22,583 nucleotides of DNA from Planctomycetota bacterium (GCA_023417885.1 JAEZED010000140.1:1-22583), one strand, 5' to 3'. Positions 1 to 7,835 are shown, counted from the first letter of the stretch. Translations and numbers: made by a program. The notes: a model not told the origin generated them from the letters alone.

Positions 1-100
1 GCAAGCTTTCTCGCCGTCGCGGCGGCATGCGCCGCGGCGATCTGGCTCGGTACGCTCGGAGCGGACCTGGAGGTCTACGAGCTTCCGCCGATGTGAGCGT

Positions 101-2044
101 TCAGAAGGGGAGAGACTGGTCCATCCAGTCGTCGCTGCGGAGGACCTGCTTGCGGTGGAAGCGGGCGAGCTTCTCGGCGCGGGCCTGGGCGATGCCGATG
201 AGCCTTTCCGGGCCGATCGCGCGCCAGCGCTTGCGCAGCTTGTCGGCGTGGCGCTTCAGCAGATCGTCGTCGGCGCTGGCGAACATCTGCGCCACGCCCG
301 GATCTCCCTGGCGGGCGGCGCGACCGAAGAGCTGGCGATCCACCCGCCCGCTGCCGTGCGGCTCCGTCGCGATGACATGAAGCCCGCCGTTCTCGGCGAC
401 GCCGCGGCCGAGGTGGATGTCGGTGCCGCGCCCGGCCATGTTGGTGGCGACGGTGATCGCGCCCGGCTGCCCGGCTTCGGTGACGATCTGCGCCTCCTCC
501 CGGTCCTGCCGCGCGTTGAGGACGCGGTGCGGGAGGTTGCGCGCGGTGAGGCGGCGATCCACCTCCTCGCTCGACCAGACGCTGCGCGTGCCGATCAGCA
601 CGGGAACGCCCTTGCGGTGAAGTTCTTCGACGCGCTGGGCGACCGCCTCCCACTTCTCCTCGGCAGTCTCGAAGAAGCGCATCGGAAGCTGCTGCCGGAT
701 GCACGGCTTGTTCGTGGGAATGCGGACGACGGCGCGGTTGTAAATCTGCCACAACTCGCCGCGCGCCTCCCAGGCCGTACCCGTCATGCCCCCCATGATC
801 GGATACTGCCGGAAGAACCGCTGGAAGCTGAGGCGGGCGAGATTCTCCTTGTCGCTCGTGACCGCCAGCCCCTCCTTGATCTCCATCGCCTGGTGGAGGC
901 CGGAGCGCCAGGAGCGGTCGGGCATGGTGCGCCCGGTGAACTCGTCGATGATGACGATCTTCCCGTCCTCGCTGATCAGGTACTGCTCGTCCTTGTGGAA
1001 GCAGTTCTCCGCGACCAGCGCCTGCGTCACCAGTTCCTCCCGCCGGCGCCGCCCCGCCCAGAAGCCCTCGTCACGCTGCATCGACTCCGCCAGCTCGTGC
1101 AGCCGCGTCTTGCCGCGTCCCGTGAGATCGGCCTTCCGGTCGGTGCGATCGACGGTGTAGTCGCGACCCTCCTCCAGCCGCAGCGCCAAGTCGCGCGCCT
1201 CGCGGTAGAGCGGCTCGTTGGCGTTGCCGTCCGGCGAGTTGCTGATGATCAGCGGCGTGACCGCCTCGTCGATCAGCAGGGAGTCGGCCTCGTCCACGAT
1301 CGCCCGGAACAGGCCCGGCACGAGGCACGGCCGCGCCCCCTGCCCCGCCAGCATTGAGACGGCCGTCGAGGTGGAGCTGCGCCGGTCGCCGAGCTGGATC
1401 TGGTCGCGCAGAAAGTCGGCGACGAGCTCCTTGCTGGTGCTGTAGACCACGCCGCTGCGGTAGGCCTGGAAGCGCTCCTGCGGCGTCGTATCGTGGATCA
1501 CGTGCGCCACGCGCAGGCCGAGCATCTCGTAGAGCGGCCGGTTCCACTGCGCGTCGCGCGCCACGAGGTAGTCGTTGACCGTGATCACGTGCACCGGCCG
1601 GCCCGACCAACCCCAGATCGCCGCCGCGATGGCCGCGGTCAGCGTCTTGCCCTCGCCGGTGGCCATCTCGGAGATGTATCCGCGCGTCATGCCTGCGGCG
1701 CCCATGATCTGCACGTCGAAGGGGCGCTTCTCAAGCGTGCGGACCGCCGCCTCGCGCACGACGGCGAAGGCGCGCTCCAGGTCTCGCCCCTCCAGCTTGC
1801 CGAGCCGCGCCAGCGAGCGGAGGCGATTGACCTCCTCGCGGAACGCGCTGCTCCCCAGCTTCTTCACCTCCGGCTCGTGCTCCCCCACCGCGTCGGCAAA
1901 CGCGCGCAGCGATCGCAGCACGGGCGTCTTGTGGCGCACCCAGCCGACCAGCGCGTTGGCGGCCGTGTCCAGCCCCTTGACCTCAGGGGCCTTGACGCGG
2001 CGCGCGTCGAAGATGTGAAAGAGTTCGCCGGCGGCTGAGCTCAT
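101..2044 (-). CDS. SecA-like ATPase paralog, C-terminally minimal: nucleotide-binding domains 1 and 2 plus the preprotein cross-linking domain only, with no helical scaffold, wing, two-helix finger or C-terminal tail
   Basis: The 647-aa translation aligns by eye to the SecA N-terminal two-thirds: Walker A MATGEGKTLTAA, the VDEADSLLIDEAVTPLIIS (DEAD-like) motif, and TNMAGRGTDI with LHVIATEPHGSGRVDRQLFGRAARQGD of NBD2. The protein ends at ...ARFHRKQVLRSDDWMDQSLPF, which corresponds to the very start of the long HSD helix of E. coli SecA. There is a clean TGA stop at 101..103. GAGGG lies 8 nt upstream of the ATG, which is only 18 nt after the stop of the upstream gene. Confidence 0.85.
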   Translation of the reverse strand: MSSAAGELFHIFDARRVKAPEVKGLDTAANALVGWVRHKTPVLRSLRAFADAVGEHEPEVKKLGSSAFREEVNRLRSLARLGKLEGRDLERAFAVVREAAVRTLEKRPFDVQIMGAAGMTRGYISEMATGEGKTLTAAIAAAIWGWSGRPVHVITVNDYLVARDAQWNRPLYEMLGLRVAHVIHDTTPQERFQAYRSGVVYSTSKELVADFLRDQIQLGDRRSSTSTAVSMLAGQGARPCLVPGLFRAIVDEADSLLIDEAVTPLIISNSPDGNANEPLYREARDLALRLEEGRDYTVDRTDRKADLTGRGKTRLHELAESMQRDEGFWAGRRRREELVTQALVAENCFHKDEQYLISEDGKIVIIDEFTGRTMPDRSWRSGLHQAMEIKEGLAVTSDKENLARLSFQRFFRQYPIMGGMTGTAWEARGELWQIYNRAVVRIPTNKPCIRQQLPMRFFETAEEKWEAVAQRVEELHRKGVPVLIGTRSVWSSEEVDRRLTARNLPHRVLNARQDREEAQIVTEAGQPGAITVATNMAGRGTDIHLGRGVAENGGLHVIATEPHGSGRVDRQLFGRAARQGDPGVAQMFASADDDLLKRHADKLRKRWRAIGPERLIGIAQARAEKLARFHRKQVLRSDDWMDQSLPF

Positions 2045-2062
2045 GGAAAAACCCTCAACCCT

Positions 2063-4300
2063 CTACTGCTGCTGCTGCATGCCGCGCGTGGTGCGCTGCG
2101 TCTGGATGAGCTGGAGGAAGCCGCGCCACCACTGTCGCGCCAGCGGCTCGTCGTCCAGCTTCACGCGGACGTAGGCCCGCTGACCCGGCAGACACTCGCG
2201 TCCCCCGTCGGCGGCGACCGGGTTGTCCAGGATCACGCGCATCTCGAACTGGTCCAGCGCCGTCTTGTTCGGATCGCGCGGGTCGGGCGCCAGCGTTCCC
2301 CCGCCGGCGTACGTCAGCGACGGGTTGCGAACCTCGTTCTTGGCCGACTGGAGCAGCCGGATCTCATCGAGATTCAGCCCCTCCAGGTCGGTGGCGTAGC
2401 GGATCTCGTCGATCTCGCTGGCAAGCCGCACCTGGACCGTCCGGGTGGGGTCCGCCAGGATGCGTTGGAAGTCCTCCTGGCCGACGGTCACAAAGACCTC
2501 CAGCCGCTCGTCGTTCCGCACCTCGCCGATCGTCTGCCCGCGCTTCAGGTGACGCCCCAGCGCCTGGTCGATGTCGGGCGCGATAAGCTCGCCGGCGTTG
2601 GGCGCGACGACCGTCAGCTCCGCCACCTCGCGCTCCAGGACGGCCAGCGCCTCGTGCGCGGCCGTCACCTGCTGGCGGACGACGTCCGCCTCGGCGGCGC
2701 TGCTGTGCAGCTGGGCGGCGGCGAGCAGGATGCGGGCGCGGTTCAGCTCGATGCGCGCGACCTCCAGGCGCGTCGCCAGCGTCGGGTTCTCCAGGCGCAG
2801 CAGCACCTGCCCCGCCTCGACCTGCTCCCCGTCGCGGACGAGCACCTCCACGACCTGTCCGGGCGAGCGCACGACCGCGCGCCCGCGCTCCAGCGGCTCG
2901 CTGATCCCCTCGGCGCGCACGGCGCTGGGGAACGGGATGATCGCCAGCAGCACGACGGCGGCGCTCGCGACCGCCAGGGTGAAGCCCCAGGCGCGCGTGC
3001 GCTTGCGGTGCAGCTCCGGATCGGTGGTCAGGTACTTGAAGAGCTTGAAGAACGGAACGACGAAGAACGTCGTGATGGCCCCCGCGGCCAGGAAGAGCCC
3101 GACGATCTGGGCCCATTCCGGCAGCTGGTACATCACCATGATGATGATCGCAAAGCCGATGAAGATGCGGTAGATCGTGCTGGCGACGCTGTAGAAGACC
3201 AGCCACGCTTTCTGCCGCAGGGTCGGCGGGAGCGGCTGCGTCGTCTTCACGCGGAACACGTACCGCTTGATCAGCCCCAGCGTGTATTCGCGGCTCTTCT
3301 GCTGGAGGTTGGGGATCTCCAGCCAGTCGCTGAGCATGTAGTACCCGTCATACCGCAGCAGCGGGTTGGCGTTGAACAGGATGGTGCTGACCGAGGCGAT
3401 CAGGATCGTGTAGTAGGCGATCTGGTGAACCGGGTGGTTCTCGCCCGTCGCCGCCCACACGAAGACCGCGATGGCCGCCACGAACAGCTCGGCGATCATT
3501 CCGCCCGCCGCCACGAGGATGCGCTTCCACTTGCTGGGGAAGCCCCAGGCCGTGCTGGCGTCCACGTACGGGCAGGGCATCAGCACCAGGAACATGATGC
3601 CGACCTCGTGCACCTCCCCGCCGAACTTGCGGTTGAGGAAGGCGTGCCCCATCTCGTGCAGGAACTTGGTCACGAGGAAGGTCGCACCCAGCACCAGCCA
3701 CATCTCGATGCTGCCGCTGTTCAGGAAGTCGGTCGTCTGCGCGTAGAAGTCATCCAGCCGCGGCAGGATCACCGCCAGCGCCAGCAGCATGGTGGCGATC
3801 CACAGCATCCCGCCCCACTTCGTGATGAACGGCCCGACCAGCGGCATCCACCGCTTCAGGTAGTAGTCCGGATCCCAGAGCGGGATGCGCGGGAACAGGA
3901 TGTTCATCAGCCGGCCCTGGAACTTGCGCTGGCGCTGCTTCTTGTGGCGGCGCAGGAGCACCTGGGCGTCGGGGCTGATATTCGTCTCGATCAGGTTCGC
4001 AGCGTAAAGCTGCGTCAGGATCTGGATGATCTCCGGCTGCGTCGGCGCGTCGTCGGCAAGCTGCCCGCCCACCAGCTCCCACGCGTCGCCGACCGTCCGC
4101 GTCCCGTCGAGCAGGCCCACGAACCGGTAGGCGACGTCCGAGAGCCGGTGGAACTGGTTGCCCGCGGGATCGCGCACCACGTACCAGCGCTCACCGCGGT
4201 ACCACTGGCGTGAGATCTGTGCCGCGGCGCGCAGCCGAGGCTTGAGGTCCTTGACGCGGTACCAGCTCTCGCTGAAGGTTGGCCGGAGTTGGAGGGTCAT
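2063..4300 (-). CDS. Tripartite membrane protein: N-terminal PqqD-like (RRE-like) peptide-binding region, peptidase M50 (site-2 protease family) polytopic core, and C-terminal HlyD-type periplasmic adaptor domain
   Basis: 745-aa ORF. Residues ~30-108 (WYVVRDPAGNQFHRLSDVAYRFVGLLDGTRTVGDAWELV...EIIQILTQLYAANLIE) fit the PqqD/RRE pattern. About 8 predicted TM helices carry the zincin motif FLHEMGHAF and the second S2P motif NANPLLRYDGYY (NxxPxxxxDG). The C-terminal ~300 aa has a biotin-lipoyl-like hairpin (VVRSPGQVVEVLVRDGEQVEAGQVLLRLEN), a coiled coil and a beta-barrel typical of HlyD/MFP adaptors. Confidence 0.85.
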   Translation of the reverse strand: MTLQLRPTFSESWYRVKDLKPRLRAAAQISRQWYRGERWYVVRDPAGNQFHRLSDVAYRFVGLLDGTRTVGDAWELVGGQLADDAPTQPEIIQILTQLYAANLIETNISPDAQVLLRRHKKQRQRKFQGRLMNILFPRIPLWDPDYYLKRWMPLVGPFITKWGGMLWIATMLLALAVILPRLDDFYAQTTDFLNSGSIEMWLVLGATFLVTKFLHEMGHAFLNRKFGGEVHEVGIMFLVLMPCPYVDASTAWGFPSKWKRILVAAGGMIAELFVAAIAVFVWAATGENHPVHQIAYYTILIASVSTILFNANPLLRYDGYYMLSDWLEIPNLQQKSREYTLGLIKRYVFRVKTTQPLPPTLRQKAWLVFYSVASTIYRIFIGFAIIIMVMYQLPEWAQIVGLFLAAGAITTFFVVPFFKLFKYLTTDPELHRKRTRAWGFTLAVASAAVVLLAIIPFPSAVRAEGISEPLERGRAVVRSPGQVVEVLVRDGEQVEAGQVLLRLENPTLATRLEVARIELNRARILLAAAQLHSSAAEADVVRQQVTAAHEALAVLEREVAELTVVAPNAGELIAPDIDQALGRHLKRGQTIGEVRNDERLEVFVTVGQEDFQRILADPTRTVQVRLASEIDEIRYATDLEGLNLDEIRLLQSAKNEVRNPSLTYAGGGTLAPDPRDPNKTALDQFEMRVILDNPVAADGGRECLPGQRAYVRVKLDDEPLARQWWRGFLQLIQTQRTTRGMQQQQ

Positions 4301-4310
4301 TGGTAGAAAA

Positions 4311-4331
4311 GCGAGAAGCGAGAAGCGAGAA
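4311..4331 (-). repeat. Three perfect tandem copies of the heptamer GCGAGAA (plus strand), equal to UUCUCGC x3 on the minus-strand transcript; the array ends ~10 nt upstream of the start codon of the M50 fusion gene
   Basis: Direct reading gives aaaGCGAGAAGCGAGAAGCGAGAAacc. On the coding (minus) strand this is a pyrimidine-rich tract occupying the position where a Shine-Dalgarno sequence would normally sit. Confidence 0.9.
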
Positions 4332-4397
4332 ACCGGAGCGGGGCAGGAGGCGGAGTCGAGCAGGCGCGGAGCGCTGCATCGTCTTCTGGGTCCTGGC

Positions 4398-4415
4398 TTC
4401 CCGCTTCCCGCTCCT
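4398..4415 (-). repeat. Two tandem copies of GCGGGAA on the minus strand (TTCCCGC x2 on plus), immediately after the stop of the GAF-HlyD gene. They are complementary, allowing G-U wobbles, to the UUCUCGC array ~66 nt downstream in the same transcript
   Basis: Plus strand reads cttcccgcttcccgctcc. In RNA, 5'-GCGGGAAGCGGGAAGC pairs with 3'-CGCUCUUCGCUCUUCG as 16 bp including 2 G-U pairs. Confidence 0.8.
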
Positions 4416-4421
4416 TCTGAA

Positions 4422-6383
4422 CTAGATCCACAGCTTGAGGCGCACCCAGTCGGTCAGGCGGTGCGTCCACTGCCAGATGAGCGGGCGCTTGCCCACGTCG
4501 AGGCGCACCTCGCCGGTTCCGCCGGGACGCCAGAACTGGTCGGGCTCTCCGACAGGCGAGGCGTAGACGGTGAAGGCGTTGGTGCCCTGCGTCGCCTCCG
4601 CGGCCTCGATGATGCGATCGACCTTGATCGGCACCTTCAGGTCCGGCCGGGCGGCGGTGGCGAGCGTGCCGGTGCGACCTTCAGCGATGTCGTCGATATC
4701 GCGGTCGGCGACGGCGATCTCGATGCGCAGGTGGCTCGGATCGCCCACCAGAAGCAGCTCGTCGCCGAGCTGGACGCTGGTGTTCACCCGCTCGCGCAAG
4801 TCCGCGGCGCCGGGCACCTGGAGCACGACGCCGTTCATCGGCGCCTTGAGCGTGGCGCGGTCGATCTCGCGCTGGAGGTTGTCGATCTCGTGCTGGAGCG
4901 CCTTTGCCGACTCCTCCTCGGCGTCGGCCTCGGCGATGGCCGACGGGTTCTCACTGCGGCGCTGCCGGTAGGCGTAGGCGCGGGCCAGGGCCGACCGGCG
5001 CTCGCTCTGCTTCTGGCTCAGTTCCGACTCGAGCTGGCGGGTGTCGAGCTTCAGGAGCGGCTGGCCCGCGGTGACGGTGTCGCCGATGTCAACGAAGACC
5101 TGCTCGATGGTGCTGGCGAAGGGGGCGTCGACAATGCGGCGCTCCAGCGGGACGAAGCTGAAGGGGGCCGAGACGCGGTACATCGGCGAGTAGAGGCACA
5201 GGAAGAGCACCAGCGCGATGGCCGAGGCGATCAGCACCTTCGCCAGCGTGTGCTGGCGCAGGCCGAAGACCTTTTTCGTCGTGCGCTTCGTGCTCAGGCC
5301 CGCCTTGGTGATCAGGTATCGGTCGTTCTCGTACCGGTCGTAGAGCTGGGGCGCCAGCAGCTCGGCGGCGACGGCCAGGGCCGTCGATTCCTGAGGCGTG
5401 CTGGGCTTCTCCGGCGGGAACTCGAGCGTGAGAACGCCGACGATCTCGTCCTTGCGGCGCAGCGGGATGCTGGCGACGCGGTTGTTCCCCTCCATCTGCG
5501 AAAGGGTCATCGCCTCGCGGGTGACGTTGTCGGTGGAGGCGCCGGCCGGGTCGAACTGCGTGAACTCGTCCTGGTCGAGGCACTCCTCCATCACCTTGAC
5601 GATCTGGACGGAGAGCTCCTGCTTCTTGTCGAACTCTTCGGTGTGGCTGATCGCCTGGAGCTTGACGTGTCGGCCCCGTACCCAACCGATGGCGACGCGG
5701 GCGGCGCCGGCGCGCGTCGCCAGCTCGTTGCAGAGGCCGGCGGCCGAGGCGTGGAAGTTCTCGCCCGTGGCGACGGAGCTTGCGAATTGGAAGACATCCT
5801 GGTGGGTCTTGGCGACCTGCCGGGCCTGCTCGTTCTGCCGTTTCAGAAGGAAGAAGTCGAAGTACCCCGCGACGAGCTGCATCGTGTTGAGCCGCTGGAG
5901 GGCACGGCTCTGGTCCTTGCAGCGCGTTACGACCGCCGTCGCGGCGACGACGCGGTTCTCGTTGCGAAGCAGGGTAACGAGGCAGAACTGCGGATCGACG
6001 TCGTCGGTCCCCTCGCCGACGCGCAGGGCCCCGTCCTTGTCCTCGAGGATGCACTGGGTGACGATTTCCCGGAAGGCCATGATCGCCTGCCGGCGGATCG
6101 CCTCCTCGGAGTTGTCCGGACGCACGTGGGCGACGGTGCGCAGCTCCGGCTTGCCGTCACCGGTCTGCCCCTCGAGGAGAAAGGCGGCCGCCTCGGTGCC
6201 TGCGACGACGATCGCCTGCGTGGTGATCAGGTCGTGCATGAACTCGGGCAGGTTGCCGTCGTTGGCGACCAGCCGCTGGACGAGCCGGGCCCGCGCGATG
6301 CGGTTCTCCTGCTTTTTCTGTTCTTCCTGCTGCCGCTGTTGCTCCTCCGGCTGGGGGGCGTACGGCTGGGCGACGGATGCCAT
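4422..6383 (-). CDS. HlyD-family adaptor with N-terminal tandem GAF-like cytoplasmic sensor domains (GAF-GAF-TM-HlyD)
   Basis: 653-aa ORF. The N-terminal ~380 aa form two ~150-aa alpha/beta blocks with a GAF-like pattern, which is an inference. A single TM follows (VLIASAIALVLFLCLYSPM). After it come a biotin-lipoyl-like motif (IEQVFVDIGDTVTAGQPLLKLD), a long coiled coil and a beta-barrel/MP domain (LKAPMNGVVLQVPG...). GAGG lies 9 nt upstream of the ATG. Confidence 0.8.
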   Translation of the reverse strand: MASVAQPYAPQPEEQQRQQEEQKKQENRIARARLVQRLVANDGNLPEFMHDLITTQAIVVAGTEAAAFLLEGQTGDGKPELRTVAHVRPDNSEEAIRRQAIMAFREIVTQCILEDKDGALRVGEGTDDVDPQFCLVTLLRNENRVVAATAVVTRCKDQSRALQRLNTMQLVAGYFDFFLLKRQNEQARQVAKTHQDVFQFASSVATGENFHASAAGLCNELATRAGAARVAIGWVRGRHVKLQAISHTEEFDKKQELSVQIVKVMEECLDQDEFTQFDPAGASTDNVTREAMTLSQMEGNNRVASIPLRRKDEIVGVLTLEFPPEKPSTPQESTALAVAAELLAPQLYDRYENDRYLITKAGLSTKRTTKKVFGLRQHTLAKVLIASAIALVLFLCLYSPMYRVSAPFSFVPLERRIVDAPFASTIEQVFVDIGDTVTAGQPLLKLDTRQLESELSQKQSERRSALARAYAYRQRRSENPSAIAEADAEEESAKALQHEIDNLQREIDRATLKAPMNGVVLQVPGAADLRERVNTSVQLGDELLLVGDPSHLRIEIAVADRDIDDIAEGRTGTLATAARPDLKVPIKVDRIIEAAEATQGTNAFTVYASPVGEPDQFWRPGGTGEVRLDVGKRPLIWQWTHRLTDWVRLKLWI

Positions 6384-6647
6384 AGGAGGGCCTCACACTG
6401 CGAGTGACATCGATTCGGCGCCCCTTTCAGGGGACGGGAACCAGATGATGGAACGGACGCTCGTCGCGAATGGGACGAATCGGGGCAGGCGGAGGTTCAT
6501 CTCCTGCCAAACCCCACCTTGCCTTCTTGAACCTGCTGGCCGGCTTGCCGGGCGGCGCCCCGGCCCCTGCTTCAACGCTAAGTCTAGCAACCTCCCCGCT
6601 CTTTCTGCCCGCGGAAACGCCAAATGGTCGCGGCGCACGCCGTCCGA

Positions 6648-7544
6648 TTAAGCCCCGTCCTGCCCGGGAAGGCGCACTTCGACCCGCAGGCCTGCCGGAC
6701 GACCCTCCGGATTGGACAGCTCCGCCCGGAACGGCAGGCGGGAGGTCGTGCCCGAGGGGTTGCCCACCGGGTTGATGAAGACGATTGTCGCGTCGCGCCA
6801 CTGGTCCTCCCCCTCGTAGCGCACCTGGATCGTGTCGCCGAGCTTCAACGCCATCACCTCGCGGGCCGGCACCGTCGGTATCTCTACGTAAAGCGGGTCG
6901 ATCTTCACGACACGCATGGCGGGCGTCTGGGGGCCAAAGACCTCACCCACGGTCGCCTCGATTTGCTGGACCACCCCGGTCTCGGGGCTGCGCAGGGTCT
7001 TTTGCTCGACGATGTACTGCTGCTCCTCCGCCCGGTGCGTTGCAACCTGCCCCAGCCGCTGCTCCTCGAGGATCCGCGTGTCCGCCGCCTTCACCTCGAG
7101 TTGGGCGCGCTCCGCCTCGAGCGGGGAGAGCGCAGGCCCGGCCTCCTCGGCGGCCTTGAGCTCGACACGCGCCAGGTCCGCCTGCGTGCGGGCAAGATCG
7201 ACGCGATCCCCGACGTTGGCCTCCAGCTGAAGGGCCTGGAGCCGGGCGATGTCGGCCCGGATGTCCTGCACCATCAGCACCTGCCCGGCTTCCACCTGGT
7301 CCCCCTCCTTCACGTTCACTTCCAGGATCTGCCCCAGGTTCGGGAAGGCCAGATCCATCTCGCGGCTGGGGATGGTGTTCCCCTCGAACAACGCCGCCGC
7401 CTCCTGCGACGGGCGATATTCCTGGGTGCTGGCGCGATCCTGCGCCACGAGCGCCCCGGCGGTGAGGAGGATCATCGGCACGGCCAGGAGCCCCGGTGGG
7501 CGGGCGGGGGGCGCTCGGGGCCGGTCTTGGGTCGATAGTGTCAT
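6648..7544 (-). CDS. HlyD/membrane-fusion-protein family periplasmic adaptor subunit; first gene of the operon
   Basis: 298-aa ORF with N-terminal signal/TM (LLAVPMILLTAGALVA), a lipoyl-like hairpin (GQILEVNVKEGDQVEAGQVLMVQD), a coiled coil, a beta-barrel (LRSPETGVVQQIEATVGEVF) and a C-terminal MP domain. Confidence 0.8.
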   Translation of the reverse strand: MTLSTQDRPRAPPARPPGLLAVPMILLTAGALVAQDRASTQEYRPSQEAAALFEGNTIPSREMDLAFPNLGQILEVNVKEGDQVEAGQVLMVQDIRADIARLQALQLEANVGDRVDLARTQADLARVELKAAEEAGPALSPLEAERAQLEVKAADTRILEEQRLGQVATHRAEEQQYIVEQKTLRSPETGVVQQIEATVGEVFGPQTPAMRVVKIDPLYVEIPTVPAREVMALKLGDTIQVRYEGEDQWRDATIVFINPVGNPSGTTSRLPFRAELSNPEGRPAGLRVEVRLPGQDGA

Positions 7545-7835
7545 TTCTTCGTGTCCGTTGAGGAGTGGGGGGAAGGCCCGGGGCCTGTGAAGACCACCAT
7601 CCTTCGCGCTGGGTTAGGGGCTTATACAGACGGGACGGCCCGCCGCGAAGTTCACCGCATTATCAGGCGTTTCCGTCACAAGTCACGCCAAACCACCCGG
7701 GGAAGAGCGTCACGCACCCGCCCCGCCACCCGCGACGAGCGCAAAAACCGCTTCCAAAGCCCGCGCGACAGCCTGGGAAGTCGGTGGCGCGGGCGATTCT
7801 GGAGGTGCGAATCGCGTGCGGTTAGGCTGTGGCCG

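Noticed and set aside
4158-6407. 749-aa plus-strand ORF, and similarly 2465..4213 (+), 5089..6054 (-), 1071..1610 (-), 155..1357 (+)
   Set aside because: These are antisense or alternate-frame to the clearly homologous SecA-like, M50-HlyD and GAF-HlyD genes. Their translations are Arg/Ala/Gly/Pro-rich low-complexity strings typical of off-frame reading in GC-rich DNA.
6393-6638. 81-aa minus-strand ORF filling the internal operon spacer
   Set aside because: Its 5' two-thirds uses many A/T-ending codons (CTA, TTA, AGA, GAA, GCA) and encodes R/P/G-rich sequence from a GTG start. Only the last 35 codons (6393..6500) look gene-like, and those are reported separately as an sORF candidate.
7541-7599. 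19-codon uORF (MVVFTGPGPSPHSSTDTKK) whose TGA overlaps the HlyD ATG as ATGA
   Set aside because: The only SD-like element (GAAGG) abuts the ATG with zero spacing. This is too short and unsupported to call, and could be chance.
7551-7835. 5' two-thirds of the 167-aa plus-strand ORF
   Set aside because: The translation is Arg-rich nonsense (RGRASRTRPATRDERKNRF...) with a GTG start and no RBS. Only the 3' hydrophobic third is retained, as a low-confidence small ORF.
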